A stretch of DNA of 64,000 nucleotides from the human T2T-CHM13v2.0 reference genome, Homo sapiens, in assembly GCF_009914755.1 (NCBI RefSeq), contig NC_060926.1; one strand, written 5' to 3'. The translations under genes were made by a program, and so were the position numbers. Positions 1 to 13,772 of this stretch are shown in pieces; position 1 is the stretch's first letter, and each line of letters starts with the position of its first letter. The notes under the pieces are model-generated. The model did not search any database, was not told where the DNA came from, and saw only the letters and a program-made list of their open reading frames with translations.

Positions 1-786
1 TTTCAACCATGGCTAGAGTCAGAGTAGCTGGTATGCAGGAAGCAGCAACCTAAGGTGGCATCTGGCAGTGGTGCCCCAGGTGTGTACCCCAAACAATTCT
101 GTCCTCCTAGGCCTCTGGGCCTGTGATGGGAGGGGCTGCCTCAAATATTTCTGAAGTGGCTTTTGGGCCTTTTTCCCACTGATTTGACTAGAAGCACCCA
201 GCTACCTTTTATCTGTGCTGATCTCTCCAGCAAGTGGTTGCTTGTTAACACCCTTGGATTTTTCTCTTGAAAATGCTCCTTTTGTTCTCTACCACATGGC
301 AAGACTGCAAATTTTTCAAATTTTTATGCTCTGCTTCTCATTTAATTATAAATTCAAACTCCACGTCATTCCTTTTCTCCCACATCTGATCATAAGCTGT
401 TGAAAGCAGCCACATCACTTCTTAAACACTTTGCTGCTTAGAAATCTCTCTTGCTGGATACTGTAGATTGCCACTCTAGGGCATGCATGCAATGCATCCA
501 AATTATTTGCTATATTGTAACTAAGGTGACCTTTGCTTCAGTTCTTAACAGTTTCTACATTTCCACCTGAGACCTCATCAGCACAGCCTTAAATGTTTAT
601 ATGTCTTTCAGCATTTTGGTCACAACCATTTAACCAGTGTCTAAGAAGTTCCAAACTTTTTCTTATCTTTCTATTTCTTCTGAGCCCTCCAACCTTTTCC
701 AACCTCTGCTCATTACCCAGTTCCAAAGCTTCTTCCACATTTTCAGGTATCTTAATAGCAACACCTGACTCCTGGGACCAAATTTA
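1..786 (-). mobile_element. MaLR (MST/THE1-type) internal sequence, runs off the window start
   Basis: Resembles MST/THE1 internal sequence; ends in 'gactcctgggaccaaattta' directly against the LTR at 787. Confidence 0.7.
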
Positions 787-1192
787 TGTCTCAGTACATC
801 TGTGTTGCTATAAAGGAATATCTAAGGCTGGGTACATTATAAAGAAAAAAGGTTTATTTGGCTTGTGATTCTTAAGGCTGTACAAGAAGTATGGTTCCAG
901 TATCTGCTTCTGGTGTGGGCTTCAGGCTCCTCCTGCTCATGGTATGTAGAGATTGTATGGTAAGAGAGAGAGCAAGAGATAGGAGGAGGTACCCGGCTCT
1001 TTTCAACATCCTATTCTTGTGGGAACTAAGAATGAGAACTCACTCACTCTCCCAACAATGGCACTAAGCCATTCATGAGAGATCTCCCCCTACAATCCAG
1101 ACACCTCCTATCAGGCCCCAGCTCCAACACTAAGGATCAGATTTTAACATGAGACTTGGCGGAGCCAAGCAAAGCCTATCCAAACTATAGCA
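787..1192 (-). mobile_element. MaLR LTR (MSTA/MSTB-like)
   Basis: TG...CA ends: 'tgtctcagtacatctgtgttgctataaaggaata...caaactatagca'. Confidence 0.8.
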
Positions 1193-1374
1193 GCTCACTT
1201 GGGAGATGTCAGTTGCTTAGCTGAGACTCAGAGATCCTAAGACTCTGAGGTCTGGTCCGAGCCTTTAGAATGTGAATGGCTCATACTTACTCTCCTCTCC
1301 AGAATTTGTGGGATTTCTGAAGGTTTCAGGATTATTATTTCCTACACATTCATACATTTAGAATTAGAAGTACA

Positions 1375-2088
1375 GGCCAAGTGTGGTGGCTCATACCTTT
1401 AATCCCAGCATTTTGGGAGGCTAAGGTGGGAGGATCACTTTAACCCAGGAGTTTGAGAGCAGTCTGGGTGATATGGTTTGGCTCTGTGTCCCCACCCAAA
1501 TCTCATCTCTAATTGTAATCCCCATGTGTTGGGGAAGGGGCATGGTGGGAGGTATTTGAATCATGGGAGTGGGCCTTCCCCTTGCTGTTCTCGTGATAGT
1601 GAGTTGTCACAATATCTGGTTGAAAGTGTGTGGCACTTCACTATTTATTCTCTCTCTCTCCTGCTTCAGCGTGGGAAGATGTGCCTTGCTTTTCCTTCGC
1701 CTTCCTCCATGATCATAAGTTTCCTGAGGCCTCCCAGTTATGCTTCCTGTTAAGCCCGCAGAACTGTGAGTCAGTTAAACCTCGTTTCTTCGTAAATTAC
1801 CCAGTCACAGGTAGTTCTTTATAGCAATTGTGAAAATGGACTAATACACTGGGCAACATAGCAAGAACTTGTCTCTATTTAAAAAATGAGCCAGGCCTGG
1901 TGGTGCATGCCTATAAGACCCAGCTGCTCAGACTGAGGCAGGAGGATCCCTTTAGCCCAGAAGTTTGAGACTGCAGTGAGCTATGATCACATAACTGCAC
2001 TTCAGCCTGGGCAAAAGAGCAAGATCCTGCCTCAAAATAAATAAATAAATAAATAAATAAAAGAAGGAGAAGGAAAGAAAAAGAAAAA
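1375..2088 (+). mobile_element. AluJ-type SINE split by an LTR insertion (1375-1468 and 1849-2088)
   Basis: Alu left arm breaks at 'agtctggg' and resumes at 'ctgggcaacatagcaaga'; (AAAT)n and A-rich tail. Confidence 0.9.
1469..1848 (+). mobile_element. THE1D/MSTA-type solo LTR nested in the Alu
   Basis: 'tgatatggtttggctctgtgtccccacccaaatctc...ggactaataca' with 5-bp TSD ctggg at 1464-1468 and 1849-1853. Confidence 0.9.
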
Positions 2089-2191
2089 GATTAGAAAAAT
2101 CCATGCTCACAATGATTTGATAAGTTCCATATTTTTTATAGTCACAAGTAACAGAAACTCATGTAAAGATAGGCCATACAAAAGTAAAACC

Positions 2192-2744
2192 TGATGGAGT
2201 TCAGGAAATACTACCCCTAAACATGACACCTTAGCATTTGAGAAATCAGCAGAAGGAAAATCACCTTTACCTTCCACTCACCCTTCTCTGCTGAAGCAGG
2301 TCATAAAACCTGGAAAAGTCACCCTCTGACCTTCTTTCACTATTCTCCCCTGCAGCAGATCATAAGACCTTCATTTCTGAGGTACCCTTTCTATACCTAG
2401 AGCAAAGGAACATATTTACCTCTGAAGCACAGACATTCAGAAAAGAATCTGTACAAACAGCCTTTGCTAAGTTCTCCCCAGTTTATTACCATTAGATCAT
2501 ACCCCTTTTTGTTCCAGTCATATTTGCCTATGACGGTACACTCATCATCAAACCTAAGCATAAAAATACACACGTTTACCTGTTTCTTTGAGTCTTCATT
2601 TCCTTACAAAGTTTCCTGTGTTACATAAAACTTATATTAAATCATTTGTGTGTTTTTCTCTTGTTAATGTGTCTTATGTTATAGGACCCTCAGCCATGAA
2701 CCTAGCAATGGATGAGGAAAAGAAATCTTTTCTCCCCCTAAACA
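2192..2744 (+). mobile_element. ERV1-class solo LTR (MER34/MER39-like)
   Basis: 'tgatggagttcaggaaatactacccctaaacatgacaccttagcatttgag...' start and TG...CA ends. Confidence 0.6.
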
Positions 2745-3689
2745 TTTATCATGTAAAACGAAAACAAGAGGTAACACTCATATGCAGAGCACAAGCTCTT
2801 TTCCAAGTACATCCTAAGTGATTTAGCTAGATTAAGTCCCATGATCTTTTTAACAATCCTATAGGTAGATGCTGTTTTTATAACAAGTATGACTGTTGGC
2901 AAGGGAAGGATAGTGGATGAAGAAATGCAAACACTGATTAGGCAACATTTTCCATCAGGAGAGAAAATGACACTGAGCAGTGGTGAAGTAAGCTAAAGGT
3001 AATTGCTAGACCCAAATCAAATGCTATCATAAGAGAAGAAAAAAATCTATTATTTGTAACAAAGGTAAAACTAGCCACAGAACAACTTTTCGCCAGAGAG
3101 AGAACAGATGAAATGGACTTATTTTTGCCCCCTACCTGTCTGGGAGTCAGTTGCTTTTTGTGTATAAGGCTTTTTTGGCATTATCTCTCTTGGGCTCTCA
3201 TTGAACAATTAGGGCTTACTGAGAGATGACTTTCAGCATTACTGTCAGGTGGCTGTACCAGCCTGAACTCAGCCATCATTTGGGCCTCCCGTTGATTATA
3301 ACAAACCAAAACACTGTGCAGTTGGAAATTGTAGGTACTGTTGTTCAATATAATCTACTGTCTATTTTACAGCAAAATTATCACAAAAAGCATTCAGTAA
3401 ATTAACTAGTTTGACTGCCAGGAGATTCTAGTATTATTGTATTTTTCCCACCAGGGCACCCAGGGGAGTTTGCTCATCTGTAATATTATTATTATAATCA
3501 TATTATTTCCAATGTTTTATTGCCAATGTCATGGCTGACCTTTGGCAAAATTGCAAAGTATCCAAAGTTCATTTTAAGAGTTCTTTTCATGCATACCTTC
3601 CCCCATCTTTTTGAGAAAGGCTGCATTGTATTCAGCCTCAGGAATGCTCAGATATTCATTGAACCTCACTGGAATTAATGAAGTGTACT

Positions 3690-4394
3690 TCATAATATCG
3701 TTGAACACCAAAAAACATGTCCCCAGGCTTCAGCCGATCTTCCCATCACTAAATCCACTCATAAATTCCCAGTCCTTATTTGATCTGACATATCAGCAAA
3801 CCTTTAAAAAACATGTGATCACATCCTTTTTTATATACCATATTTTTTGGTCCCATTAGCCTCCTGGATATCCCATTTCCTGGGTTTTCTTCGTATCTCA
3901 CTGATAGAATTTTTAAAATCTCGTTTGTCTGTTCCTCTCCTTTCCAGCTTTTAACATTGGAGGGGTCCAGTGCTCAGGCATTGGTCCTCTTCTCTTTCTC
4001 TCTACATTTACTTTTTGGGTGATCTCATTTGGTCTTGAAATATCATCATATGACAGTGAGTCCCAAATTTATATCTCCTGTGTGAGCCTTCCTCCTGAGC
4101 ACTAGACTCATGCACACAGACTGCCTACTTGAAAGCTTGTCTTGAATATTTACTAGGTATCTCAAACTTAAGCTGACCAAAATTGAATTCCGTATCTTCC
4201 CCAGAAAATCTGTTCTTCCTGAAGTCTTTTTCCATCTCACTTGAAAGAAACTTGATCATTCCAGTTAATTCAGGCAAAAGCTTTGGAGACATCCTGGACT
4301 CCATCTTTCTCTCATCACACATCCAACTTCACACCTCTAACTTCAAAATACATCCAAAATTCAATCACACTTGACCACATCCAATTACCTCCAG
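3690..4394 (+). mobile_element. L2 LINE remnant (resumes at about 5360-5450)
   Basis: Degenerate L2 RT region 'tcccaaatttatatctcc...ctgcctacttgaaagc...catcctggactccatctttctctc'. Confidence 0.7.
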
Positions 4395-4542
4395 TGTGTT
4401 AAAAGACAAATCTTGGCACGTTAAAATTTTTTAAAGTTTATTTGAACAGACGACAATTCACAAATGGGGCAGCTCAAGACTGCAAGCAATTTGGGGCTCC
4501 AACAAATGGGCATAAGGGGAAGGCTTTTAAAGGGTAGACGAC

Positions 4543-4886
<344 letters not shown>

Positions 4887-5008
4887 TTAGAAGTTAGTTA
4901 GATGGTTTCAGTTGGTTATGCATAAGTAATAGAATGTTCTTCTTATATATATATCTATCATATATACATGTGTATATAGGTATAAGTAATAGAATGTTCT
5001 AATGAGGA

Positions 5009-5238
5009 CTTAGACTCATTATAACCACTGTGAGATAGACTTGAGATAGGAAACCCATTTGTTACCTTGCCTCCATACAGCCACACTCTAACAGGGGCCA
5101 TCATGACCTTATGTGTCCTCCTAATGTCAGTGTCATCTTTTTCTCTATTTTCAGAAGCCCTTGAAAGATCTGTATTATCCTTTCTCCAGTGTACAGTTAA
5201 TAAGATGAAAGGCCCAAGGTTCTTTTGATTAAGATTAG
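5009..5238 (+). repeat. Dispersed 230-bp direct copy of 7371-7600
   Basis: Manual alignment: about 13 differences over 230 bp (~94%). Confidence 0.95.
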
Positions 5239-5452
5239 ATGTTAGTTGACAGTTTCAGATTGGTTAAGAGTGTTTACACTGAAGTAGGTTTTGGTTTGCT
5301 TAAGTGGGAATCCATGGTGCTGGAGCTGCCTCATTCTAATGGCCTCCCAATTTCTTATTGGTGCTTCCACCTTCATTCATACATCATCATCTCTTGCCTG
5401 GATTATTGCAATAACTTGGTAAATATTGTCCTTGTTTTTACCTTTATCCACT

Positions 5453-5715
5453 CTCTTGGTTTAGGTTCCTCCAATAGCAGATCCTGAACAAGGATTTCAG
5501 TGTAACTTATTTAGGAGGTGATCTCAGGGAGCATTGTAGAGAGTAGTGCAGAGATAGGAGTAAGGAGAAAAGCCCATTAAAGATTTAGTGTTAATGAGGT
5601 GGTTACTATTGTAGACAGCCAGGCTCGATCTTGCTAGGGAACCTCTGAGAGACTGAGTAGAACATGTCTCTGAATTGTGACACCAAGGGGCACAAGAAAC
5701 TTGAGACAGGGAACC
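5453..5715. mobile_element. Ancient ERVL-type LTR fragment (LTR33/LTR16-like)
   Basis: 'ttaggttcctccaatagcagatcctgaacaaggattt...ttatttaggaggtgatctcagg'. Confidence 0.5.
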
Positions 5716-5869
5716 CAAGTGATAGAATATCTCCCATATCTAAAGAGAACTGAAGCACTGTGCCTTTTTCTTTAATATAGGAGGTGCATGGTGTAATAAC
5801 TTGTCCTTTACATTGAAGGAATGTCCTAGCTTGCCTCAAAACATGGACTATAAAAATGTCACTAATGTT

Positions 5870-6438
<569 letters not shown>

Positions 6439-6458
6439 TAATGTACCCTAAATTTTCT

Positions 6459-6668
6459 TTTTTATTTTTATTTTTTATTTATTTATTTATTTTTTTGAGA
6501 TGGTGTCTTGCTCTTTTGCCCAGACTGGAGTGAAGTAGCATGATCTTGGCTTACTGCAACCTCCACCCCCCAGGTTCACCCTGTGATTCTCCTGCCTCGC
6601 CCCCTGAGTAGCTGGGATTACAGGTGCCCACCACCAGGCCTGGCTAATTTTTATATTTTTAGTAGAGA
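6459..6668 (-). mobile_element. 5'-truncated AluS
   Basis: T-rich tail plus right arm; TSD ctaaattttct at 6448-6458 and 6669-6679. Confidence 0.92.
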
Positions 6669-7370
6669 CTAAATTTTCTATGGTTTATCCACCTTGCAGT
6701 TCACATATGGCTTGTCAGAACATCTGGAGCATTTGCTACTTCATGCTCACTAGTTTGATTAATATAATGTCATTTAACTCGTGGACCAGCAGATTCTGTG
6801 CAGTGTCCCTTTAGACTCTATTGCAACAGAAAGCAGCAGAGTTAACATAGACCTGGGGCAACTCTCTGAACTTGCACTGCTGTCCAATCAGGTAAATGCT
6901 AAGGGCTTTCAGTCCTTTCTCCTGATAACAACTTTAAAAAATTCATTTTCCAGTTTCATAGCAGCTGTGTTGATTTGTTCTGTTAGCAGTACTACATACA
7001 ACATAGCAGCTATGATTAACACTACCACTTGGTCAGTTTTATGGTAAGTCCACTATTGTTTGCTGTGATCACCCTGATTTTTGTAGGGGCCATATCAGTG
7101 AATTAAATGGGAATATGATGGGGTCCATCATTCATCAATCTTTTAGACTTTGAAGATGGCACAAGTCTCTGCCATTCCAAATGACCTATAGATTGCTTTT
7201 GATTTATTATTTTGGCCAGGTTGCAACGGTGATTTCAGAAACTTGCACTTGGCTTTTTCTACCACTGTGGCACTTATCTAGCTGGTGAAGGAACTAATGT
7301 GAGGCTTCTGCCAGCTACTAGGAATATACAATTTTGCATTTATAACTAGGAAAATATTCATCTTGAAGGC

Positions 7371-7600
7371 CTTAGACTCATTAGACCCACTGTGAGATAG
7401 ACTTGAGATAGGACACCCATTTGTCACCTTGCCTCCGTAGAGCCACACTCTAACAGGGGCCATCATCACCTATGTGTCCTCCTAATATCAGCGTCATCTT
7501 TTTCTCTATTTTCAGAAGCCCTTGAAAGATCTGTATTATCCTTTCTCCAGTGTACAGTTAAGAAGATGAAAGGCCCAAGATTCTTTTGATTAAGGATTAG
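7371..7600 (+). repeat. Probable donor of the 230-bp duplication, inside the ERVL protease region
   Basis: ~94% identical to 5009-5238 and continuous with flanking ERVL sequence. Confidence 0.93.
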
Positions 7601-8448
7601 TGAAATATTTATTTCATATACTTGCTATAGCATTGCAAAGACCTTTTGAAGGGGAACCTGACCTCTTCTTTCTCAATTGATGAGCTGTATGACTAAGAAT
7701 TGGCTCAGATCTAGACAGCAGATAAGGGAGCATGATTTTCCATTGCAATGGCCATTGCAGTGGCCGACGCCAACCATTTGCTTTCCAGCTCTTGATTATT
7801 TATGTTTATAGAAATCAAGGAATAACCTTTATTAGTTGCTAATTTATTTAACCCCAAGGAACACCCTGGTCAGTTTGCCATTACCACAGACCCCTGTGGG
7901 TCAAGTTTCCTTGGTGACATTATGGCCTGTGTCTGTTATAGTAATTGTGTCAGGCTTACCTCTGATAGTTAAGTGGTGCCACCTGGCCTCTGTTATTTCA
8001 GAATCTTATAACATCTCCATTATCACTAGGAAGCTCAATTTTATAGCCATCTCCTCTCCTATCAACCCTGGTCTAGAGATGACATCTATCATCATTCATT
8101 TTTAAATGATGCCAGCACTCCCTCGTTAGTGCATTCCTTGTAGTTTTAGGGGAGTGCCTACCCAGGTCCTTCCAGGTAAGAATCAGCTAGTGTGTTCTCA
8201 GGTCTTATGAAATGAGCCCAAGTCTTTAAGACCCCTTCCTCAATACTCTGCCAAGGCAGTGCTGGCATCTCCACTATAGACCATCCTTATTTCCAGACTT
8301 CAAGGAGCCAGCCAGCAGTGTATTAGAACTGACTCCAGGCAACCTTGTCAAGGTATTATCATCTAAGTCTCAGGAGACTGTCCGATATCAATGAATTCCC
8401 TATATTCTGTCCCACCTCAACCCTCATTCCCCATTCAACACTCTCAGC

Positions 8449-8449
8449 T

Positions 8450-8516
<67 letters not shown>
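8449..8516. repeat. Compound (TA)n/(TG)n microsatellite
   Basis: Read directly from the sequence. Confidence 0.95.
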
Positions 8517-8519
<3 letters not shown>

Positions 8520-9128
8520 ACATATACTCTGCTGGTTCTTGCTAATACCCACTATCCAGGTTCTGAGACTTTGGGGGTAAATTATCTATTTACTTAAATA
8601 ACAGGGACAGTAATTCCCCACTTGAACCATGCTGAGACCTGACCCCAGTCATTTGTCTAAAAGCAATGAGAGGAGGTGAAAGGAGATCTCGAGGAGGGCA
8701 AACATTGTTTTGTGAAGCCCCAGGAGAGATTTTTCAGTGGTCCTCAGGCAATGGGATGCAACAGGGAGAGGGTTGCCCATACCAGCCAGAGATGCTGAAG
8801 AGTTAATGCCAGTAGTATTAATACAATTCTCAGCAAATAAGGGAAGGGGTTGCTTGGGACTCACCTCTTAATGGCACAGTTCTGAGGTGTATTATACACA
8901 TTCTCTCAGAAAGGCCACAGCAACACTGAACTCTGTTTTCTGAAAATGGTTACCAGTTGATAATGGTGCTGAATAAGCGATATACATATGCATGGCATTC
9001 CAGGCACCTGTGCTAAGCATTTTCTAAGAATCACTCCTTTTATTCTCCCAAGGAAGGAAGGAAAGTCAATAAAAAGTATATTACCACCAGATATTTCCTC
9101 CTAAACACAGAAAATGAAGATGATTTTC

Positions 9129-9411
9129 TTTTTTTTTTTTTTTTTGAGATGACGTCTCGCTGTGTCACCCAGGCAGGAGTGCAAGCTCCACCTCCCAGGT
9201 TCATGCCATTCTCCTGCCTCAGCCTCCTGAGTAGCTGGGACTACAGGCGCCCACCACCACGCCCGGCTAATTTTTTTTTTTTTTTTAATTTTTAGTAGAG
9301 ACGGGGTTTCACTGTGTTAGCCAGGATGGTCTCAATCTCCTGACCTCGTGATCTGCCCGCCTCAGCCTCCCGAAGTGCTGGGATTACAGGCGTGAGCCAC
9401 CACACCTGGCC
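9129..9411 (-). mobile_element. AluY with a small internal deletion
   Basis: AluY-type 'gcaagctcc', 'atgccattctcc', 'gtgttagccaggatggtc'; TSD tgaagatgattttc at 9115-9128 and 9412-9425. Confidence 0.95.
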
Positions 9412-10384
9412 TGAAGATGATTTTCAAAATGGCTTTGGGTTTATTTACATTTATTTTTGAAAATAGTATTTCATAATCTTGTTTTTACTTTTAATTTGAA
9501 GATTTAAGCTAGTCTGTAATCTCTTAAAGTGCTGGGTTCTATGAATCCTTGTCTGTGCAACAGCTAGCCCTTAACCTGGTTCATTGTTGATATGAGGAAC
9601 AAGATGTGGGAAGGTAGATGTTAGAAAGGCAAGATCATTTATTTCAAGTTATATGTGGAATTTTAAAATATTTTAATTGACCACGTTAAAATTCTATTAT
9701 AAATAAAATACATATTTTATGTACTAGTATTTGAAAAATTATCAATTCAAAAATATTTATTGATAATCTGCTATTTGCCCCAAAATGTGATATAAAATAT
9801 TAATTAGATACAAAATATTAATTCTTACAATCTGTGTCAGTGGAAGTTTCCAAGGTAGTTAATTCTATTTCTTTCTTTCTTTGTTCTCCTTCATAACATC
9901 ATTCTAATAGAGAAATGATCCATTCTCAAGAGATTTGCCACAGAATTTTTTCTAGAGAAATGTCCCCATATCTGTGATAGAAGTTCCAGAAATTATGAAA
10001 GAAAAATTGCCTACTGAGAGTTTTAGTTTTTGTTGTTACATGTTCATAAATTGTATTTTACCAGATGGTTGTCCCTCATGGGACACCACTGAGTTATACA
10101 GGAGAGCATTGATGTTTTCTACCTCTGTTCTCCATTAGCTGCAAAAACTTGCCCCTTCACAGACTCCATGAGGGGAAAGATACCACAGAAAGAGACTGCA
10201 TACTATTTTACTTTTCCTTGGACTCTGAAAGTCGAACTTTAGCAAAGTAAACTTACCAAAGACATAGTTAAGATAAATGAATGTGTCCAAAGCAAATCGG
10301 AAAAGGGTGGAAGATTGCTCATCAAATGCTTTAAAAGAAGTCCTAGCTATAATTCGTTTCTTGGCCTTGGATGGCCTCTCAGGA

Positions 10385-10580
10385 AGTGGTGTGTTGGAGC
10401 CAGTTCTTACCTGCTCTTGCTGGTCACATGCATCTCTTCCCAGCTCTTCATTCGGTGACATCAAAATTAGTAGGCTGAAATTAGCCATAGGTGAGAAGTA
10501 TTTACACCATGGAGATCTAGCAAATGTTACAAACTCTGACCTTTTTTTCCAATTCTTAGACATTTACTAGCACACCACTG
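10385..10580. mobile_element. MER63-like hAT (Blackjack) non-autonomous DNA transposon
   Basis: Terminal inverted repeats agtggtgtgttgg ... ctagcacaccactg. Confidence 0.75.
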
Positions 10581-10639
10581 AGACCCATTATTTACCAAGT
10601 ATGAGTGGTTTTGGTCCCTTGAAACCAAAAAACTTACTG

Positions 10640-10820
10640 ACAAGAATCAGAGTTCTAGTTACTTATCACTTGGCCAAGTTACTTATTCTCTGCAAAGCCC
10701 ATTTCCTCATCTGCAAAAAAGAAAGGATGATACCACTCTATTTACTCATCTACATTATTTTATTGTGAAAAACTCAGAATATAATAATTTTATGAGAATA
10801 TTTTAAAGCTATAAGGCACC
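10640..10820 (+). mobile_element. MIR SINE remnant
   Basis: Core 'ttggccaagttacttattctctgcaaagccccatttcctcatctgcaaaa'. Confidence 0.7.
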
Positions 10821-10885
10821 CTATAAACAAATGATGAAACAGGGATTGATGGCTGTATTTCTGAAGCATTATATTTCTCATGGGG

Positions 10886-10924
10886 TATATTAGCCTTGCC
10901 TCTTTAGAGAAACAGAACTAATAG

Positions 10925-10959
<35 letters not shown>

Positions 10960-11410
10960 TTATTGTGAAAAATTGGCTCATGTGTTTATGGAATCTGAGA
11001 TGTCCTATAACCTGCCATCTGCAAGCTGGAGGCCCAGGAAAGCTGGTGGTGTAGTTCCAGTCTAAGCCTTGGAGTCTGAGAACCAGGGACCCAATGGTGT
11101 TAGTCTCAGTTTAAATTTGAAAGGCTGGAAAAGAAGGAATGCTGATGTCTAAGGGCAGGAGGAAACAGATACTCCAGCTCAAGCACAGAGTGAATTCTTT
11201 CTTCCTCCACTAATTTGTTCTAGTTGGTCTGTCAAGGGATTGGATGATGCCTGCTGGCATTGGTAAGGGCAATTTTCTTTACTCAGTTGACTGATTCAAA
11301 TGCTCATCTCTTCCAGAAACACCCTTACAGACACACCCAGAAAAATGTTTTAACAGCTATCTGGACACCCCTTAGAGAAGTCAAGTTGACACATAAAGTT
11401 AACCATCACA
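10886..11410 (-). mobile_element. MLT2 (ERVL) solo LTR with internal (TA)n
   Basis: '...caagttgacacataaagttaaccatcaca' end; 5-bp TSD tgggg at 10881-10885 and 11411-11415. Confidence 0.88.
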
Positions 11411-12397
11411 TGGGGTAACTCAATTACCTGGCAGACAACTTGTTCTGAGTTCCTCCCACAAACAAAAAAAAAACAGAACAACTGCCATGAAGGCATTAAT
11501 TGGAAATGTAAGATTTAACATTGATTTTATAACAGAGCTGGAGGAGTTTTACTTTATATGTCACTTAGCCAACAATTCAATAATACTGTCTTAGAAGTTT
11601 GTCTTTTCCCCAAAGCCTGTTAGATTGGGCTCTTCTTTATGGAAATTTGCCTCTCTCAGCTCCTAAGCTCTTCCCCTCCCTTCATATTATTCAAATTAGC
11701 TTTTTACCAATAAAACTTGGAGGCCAACAGGAAGCTTCTTTGGACTTTACTACTGACATCTCTCTAACAAATCTGTGTGTTTTCTTGTGATGGGATTCTC
11801 CTAACAGCTACTGAAAAACATGTTCTCTAGTTACTATATGTTCCCTTGAGAAAATATTGGCTATCCTGACAAATCAATTATACTAACTCTCTCCCTTTAG
11901 GTCGAATGAATGGAAGAAAAACACAAGGCTTATGTGTGGTTCTCAAGTCTTATTCAACTCAGGGCTCAGCCACTCCTCCTAAGATGGGCAAATATGTAGA
12001 TACAGGAAATATTTTCACCTCTTTTTGTTGGGCATCTTCCCCACCATGATCCTTCCCAGTCTGGAGAATATGGAATGCATAATAAGTTTTTATTGGTTCA
12101 TCACAGGTATCCCCTGGGACACAAAGTTGTCTGGGAGAGTAGGTGCAAAGCCTAGGCTGGATCTTCAATTACCCCACACCCAGGACTCTTGTCTCCATGA
12201 TCCCCTCCTTAATCCTCATTTCTGTTGTCTCTGAGGGTCATGGTCTTCTTATACCAGCTCCTACCTCAATTTCTGGAAGACTAGGGTAGAGTTTGCCTCA
12301 CAGATATGCTCTACTTTGAGATGCCTATCCTTCCCACAGTAGAAACAAATCCTGATGTTAACTTTCCGCAGAGTCCCCAGTACTCCTTCATTTCTCT

Positions 12398-12666
12398 TTT
12401 TTTTTTTTTCGAGATGGAATCTCACTCTGTTGCCCAGGCTGGAGTGCAGTGGTGCAATCTAGCTCACTGCAAGCTCCGCCTCCCGGGTTCACACCATTCT
12501 CCTGCCTTAGCCTCCCAAGTAGCTGGGACTATAGGTGCCCACCACTACGCCCAGCTAATTTTTTGTATTTTTTAGTAGAGACGGGGTTTCACCGTGTTAG
12601 CCAGGATGGTCTCGATCTCCTGACGTCGTGATCTGCCCGTCTTCGCCTCCCAAAGTGCTGGGATTA
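12398..12666 (-). mobile_element. AluY, slightly 5'-truncated
   Basis: Poly-T followed by Alu arms with AluY diagnostic positions. Confidence 0.93.
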
Positions 12667-12685
12667 TTTTTCTTGGAAAACCAGG

Positions 12686-13014
12686 TATTTGTGTCTCCCT
12701 AAAATTCATAATTTGATATCCTAACCTCTTATTTGATGATATTAGGACATGGAGCCTTTGGGAGGTAATTAGTCATGAATGGGACTAGTGCTTTTAAGAG
12801 AAGAGATATGAGAGCTTATTCTCTGCTCTCCAACATGTGAGGACACAGCAGGAAGATGGCCATTTGCAAACCAGGAAGCAAACCCTCACTAGGACCGGAT
12901 CTGTCAGCACCTCGACCTTGGACTTTTCAGCCTTCAAAACTGTGGGGAATAAATGTTCATTGTTTAAGCTACCCAGTCTATGATAATTTGTTATGGCAAC
13001 ACAAGTGAAGATAC
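12686..13014 (+). mobile_element. MaLR LTR (MLT1A/MSTC-like)
   Basis: 'gtgaggacacagcaggaagatggcc...aataaatgttcattgtttaagctacccagtctatg'. Confidence 0.75.
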
Positions 13015-13419
13015 CAGGAAACTGGTTCTTAGTGTTTACCTATCCTGTCAGTGAATAGCCAGGACTACACTACTTGAACATTAGTGAGTAAAGCAAACCA
13101 GGTCTGAAGCTTTTTCTGTGCATCCTTCTGGGGCTTGCTTTTCCTCTCTTTCAGAAATCTTGTGGGGAATTGGACTGGAGCTAGGAGAATGAATCATAAC
13201 ATGCAACCCTTGTTCCCCAAGTCTGGACTAGTAATTCTCTATGCAAACTACTTTTTTGGTTTTATAATGGAAAAGCAGCCAGAACTCTCCCTTTCTCTTT
13301 GTCCTTCTAAATTACCTTCATTAATAGTGAAATTTTGGCAGACTTCTTTCCCACATTGCTTCTGCTGCTTAGGGAATCTGAGCTTCCTCAGAAAAATTTC
13401 ACTATACTTCTGCAACTAC

Positions 13420-13772
13420 TGTCTTAGTCCATTTTGTGCTGCTATGAAAGAATACCTGAGACTTGGTCATTTATAATAAACAGAAATTGGTTTTGGGTTC
13501 TGAAGGCTGGGAAGGCTAAAATCAAGGGGCTAGTATCTGGTGAGGGCCTTCTTGCTATGTCATCCCATGGTGGAAGGGCCAAGAGAAGGTGAGAGAGAGC
13601 AAGAGATCAAACTTACAGCTTCAAGCCGTTTAATAATCAGCATTAATCCATTCATACAGGTGGAGCTTTCAAGACCTAAACACCTGCCATTAGGTCCCAC
13701 CTCCCAGAACTGTTGCGTTAGGGATTGAGTTTCCACTTCAAGCTTTTTGGGGAACACATTAAAACCATAGCA
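13420..13772 (-). mobile_element. MaLR LTR (MSTB/MSTC/MLT1A-like)
   Basis: 'tgtcttagtccattttgtgctgctatg...aaaaccatagca'. Confidence 0.8.

Noticed and set aside
10135-10570. Overlapping 142-aa and 97-aa ORFs
   Set aside because: They span a MER63 element, show no recognisable domain and have no splice support.
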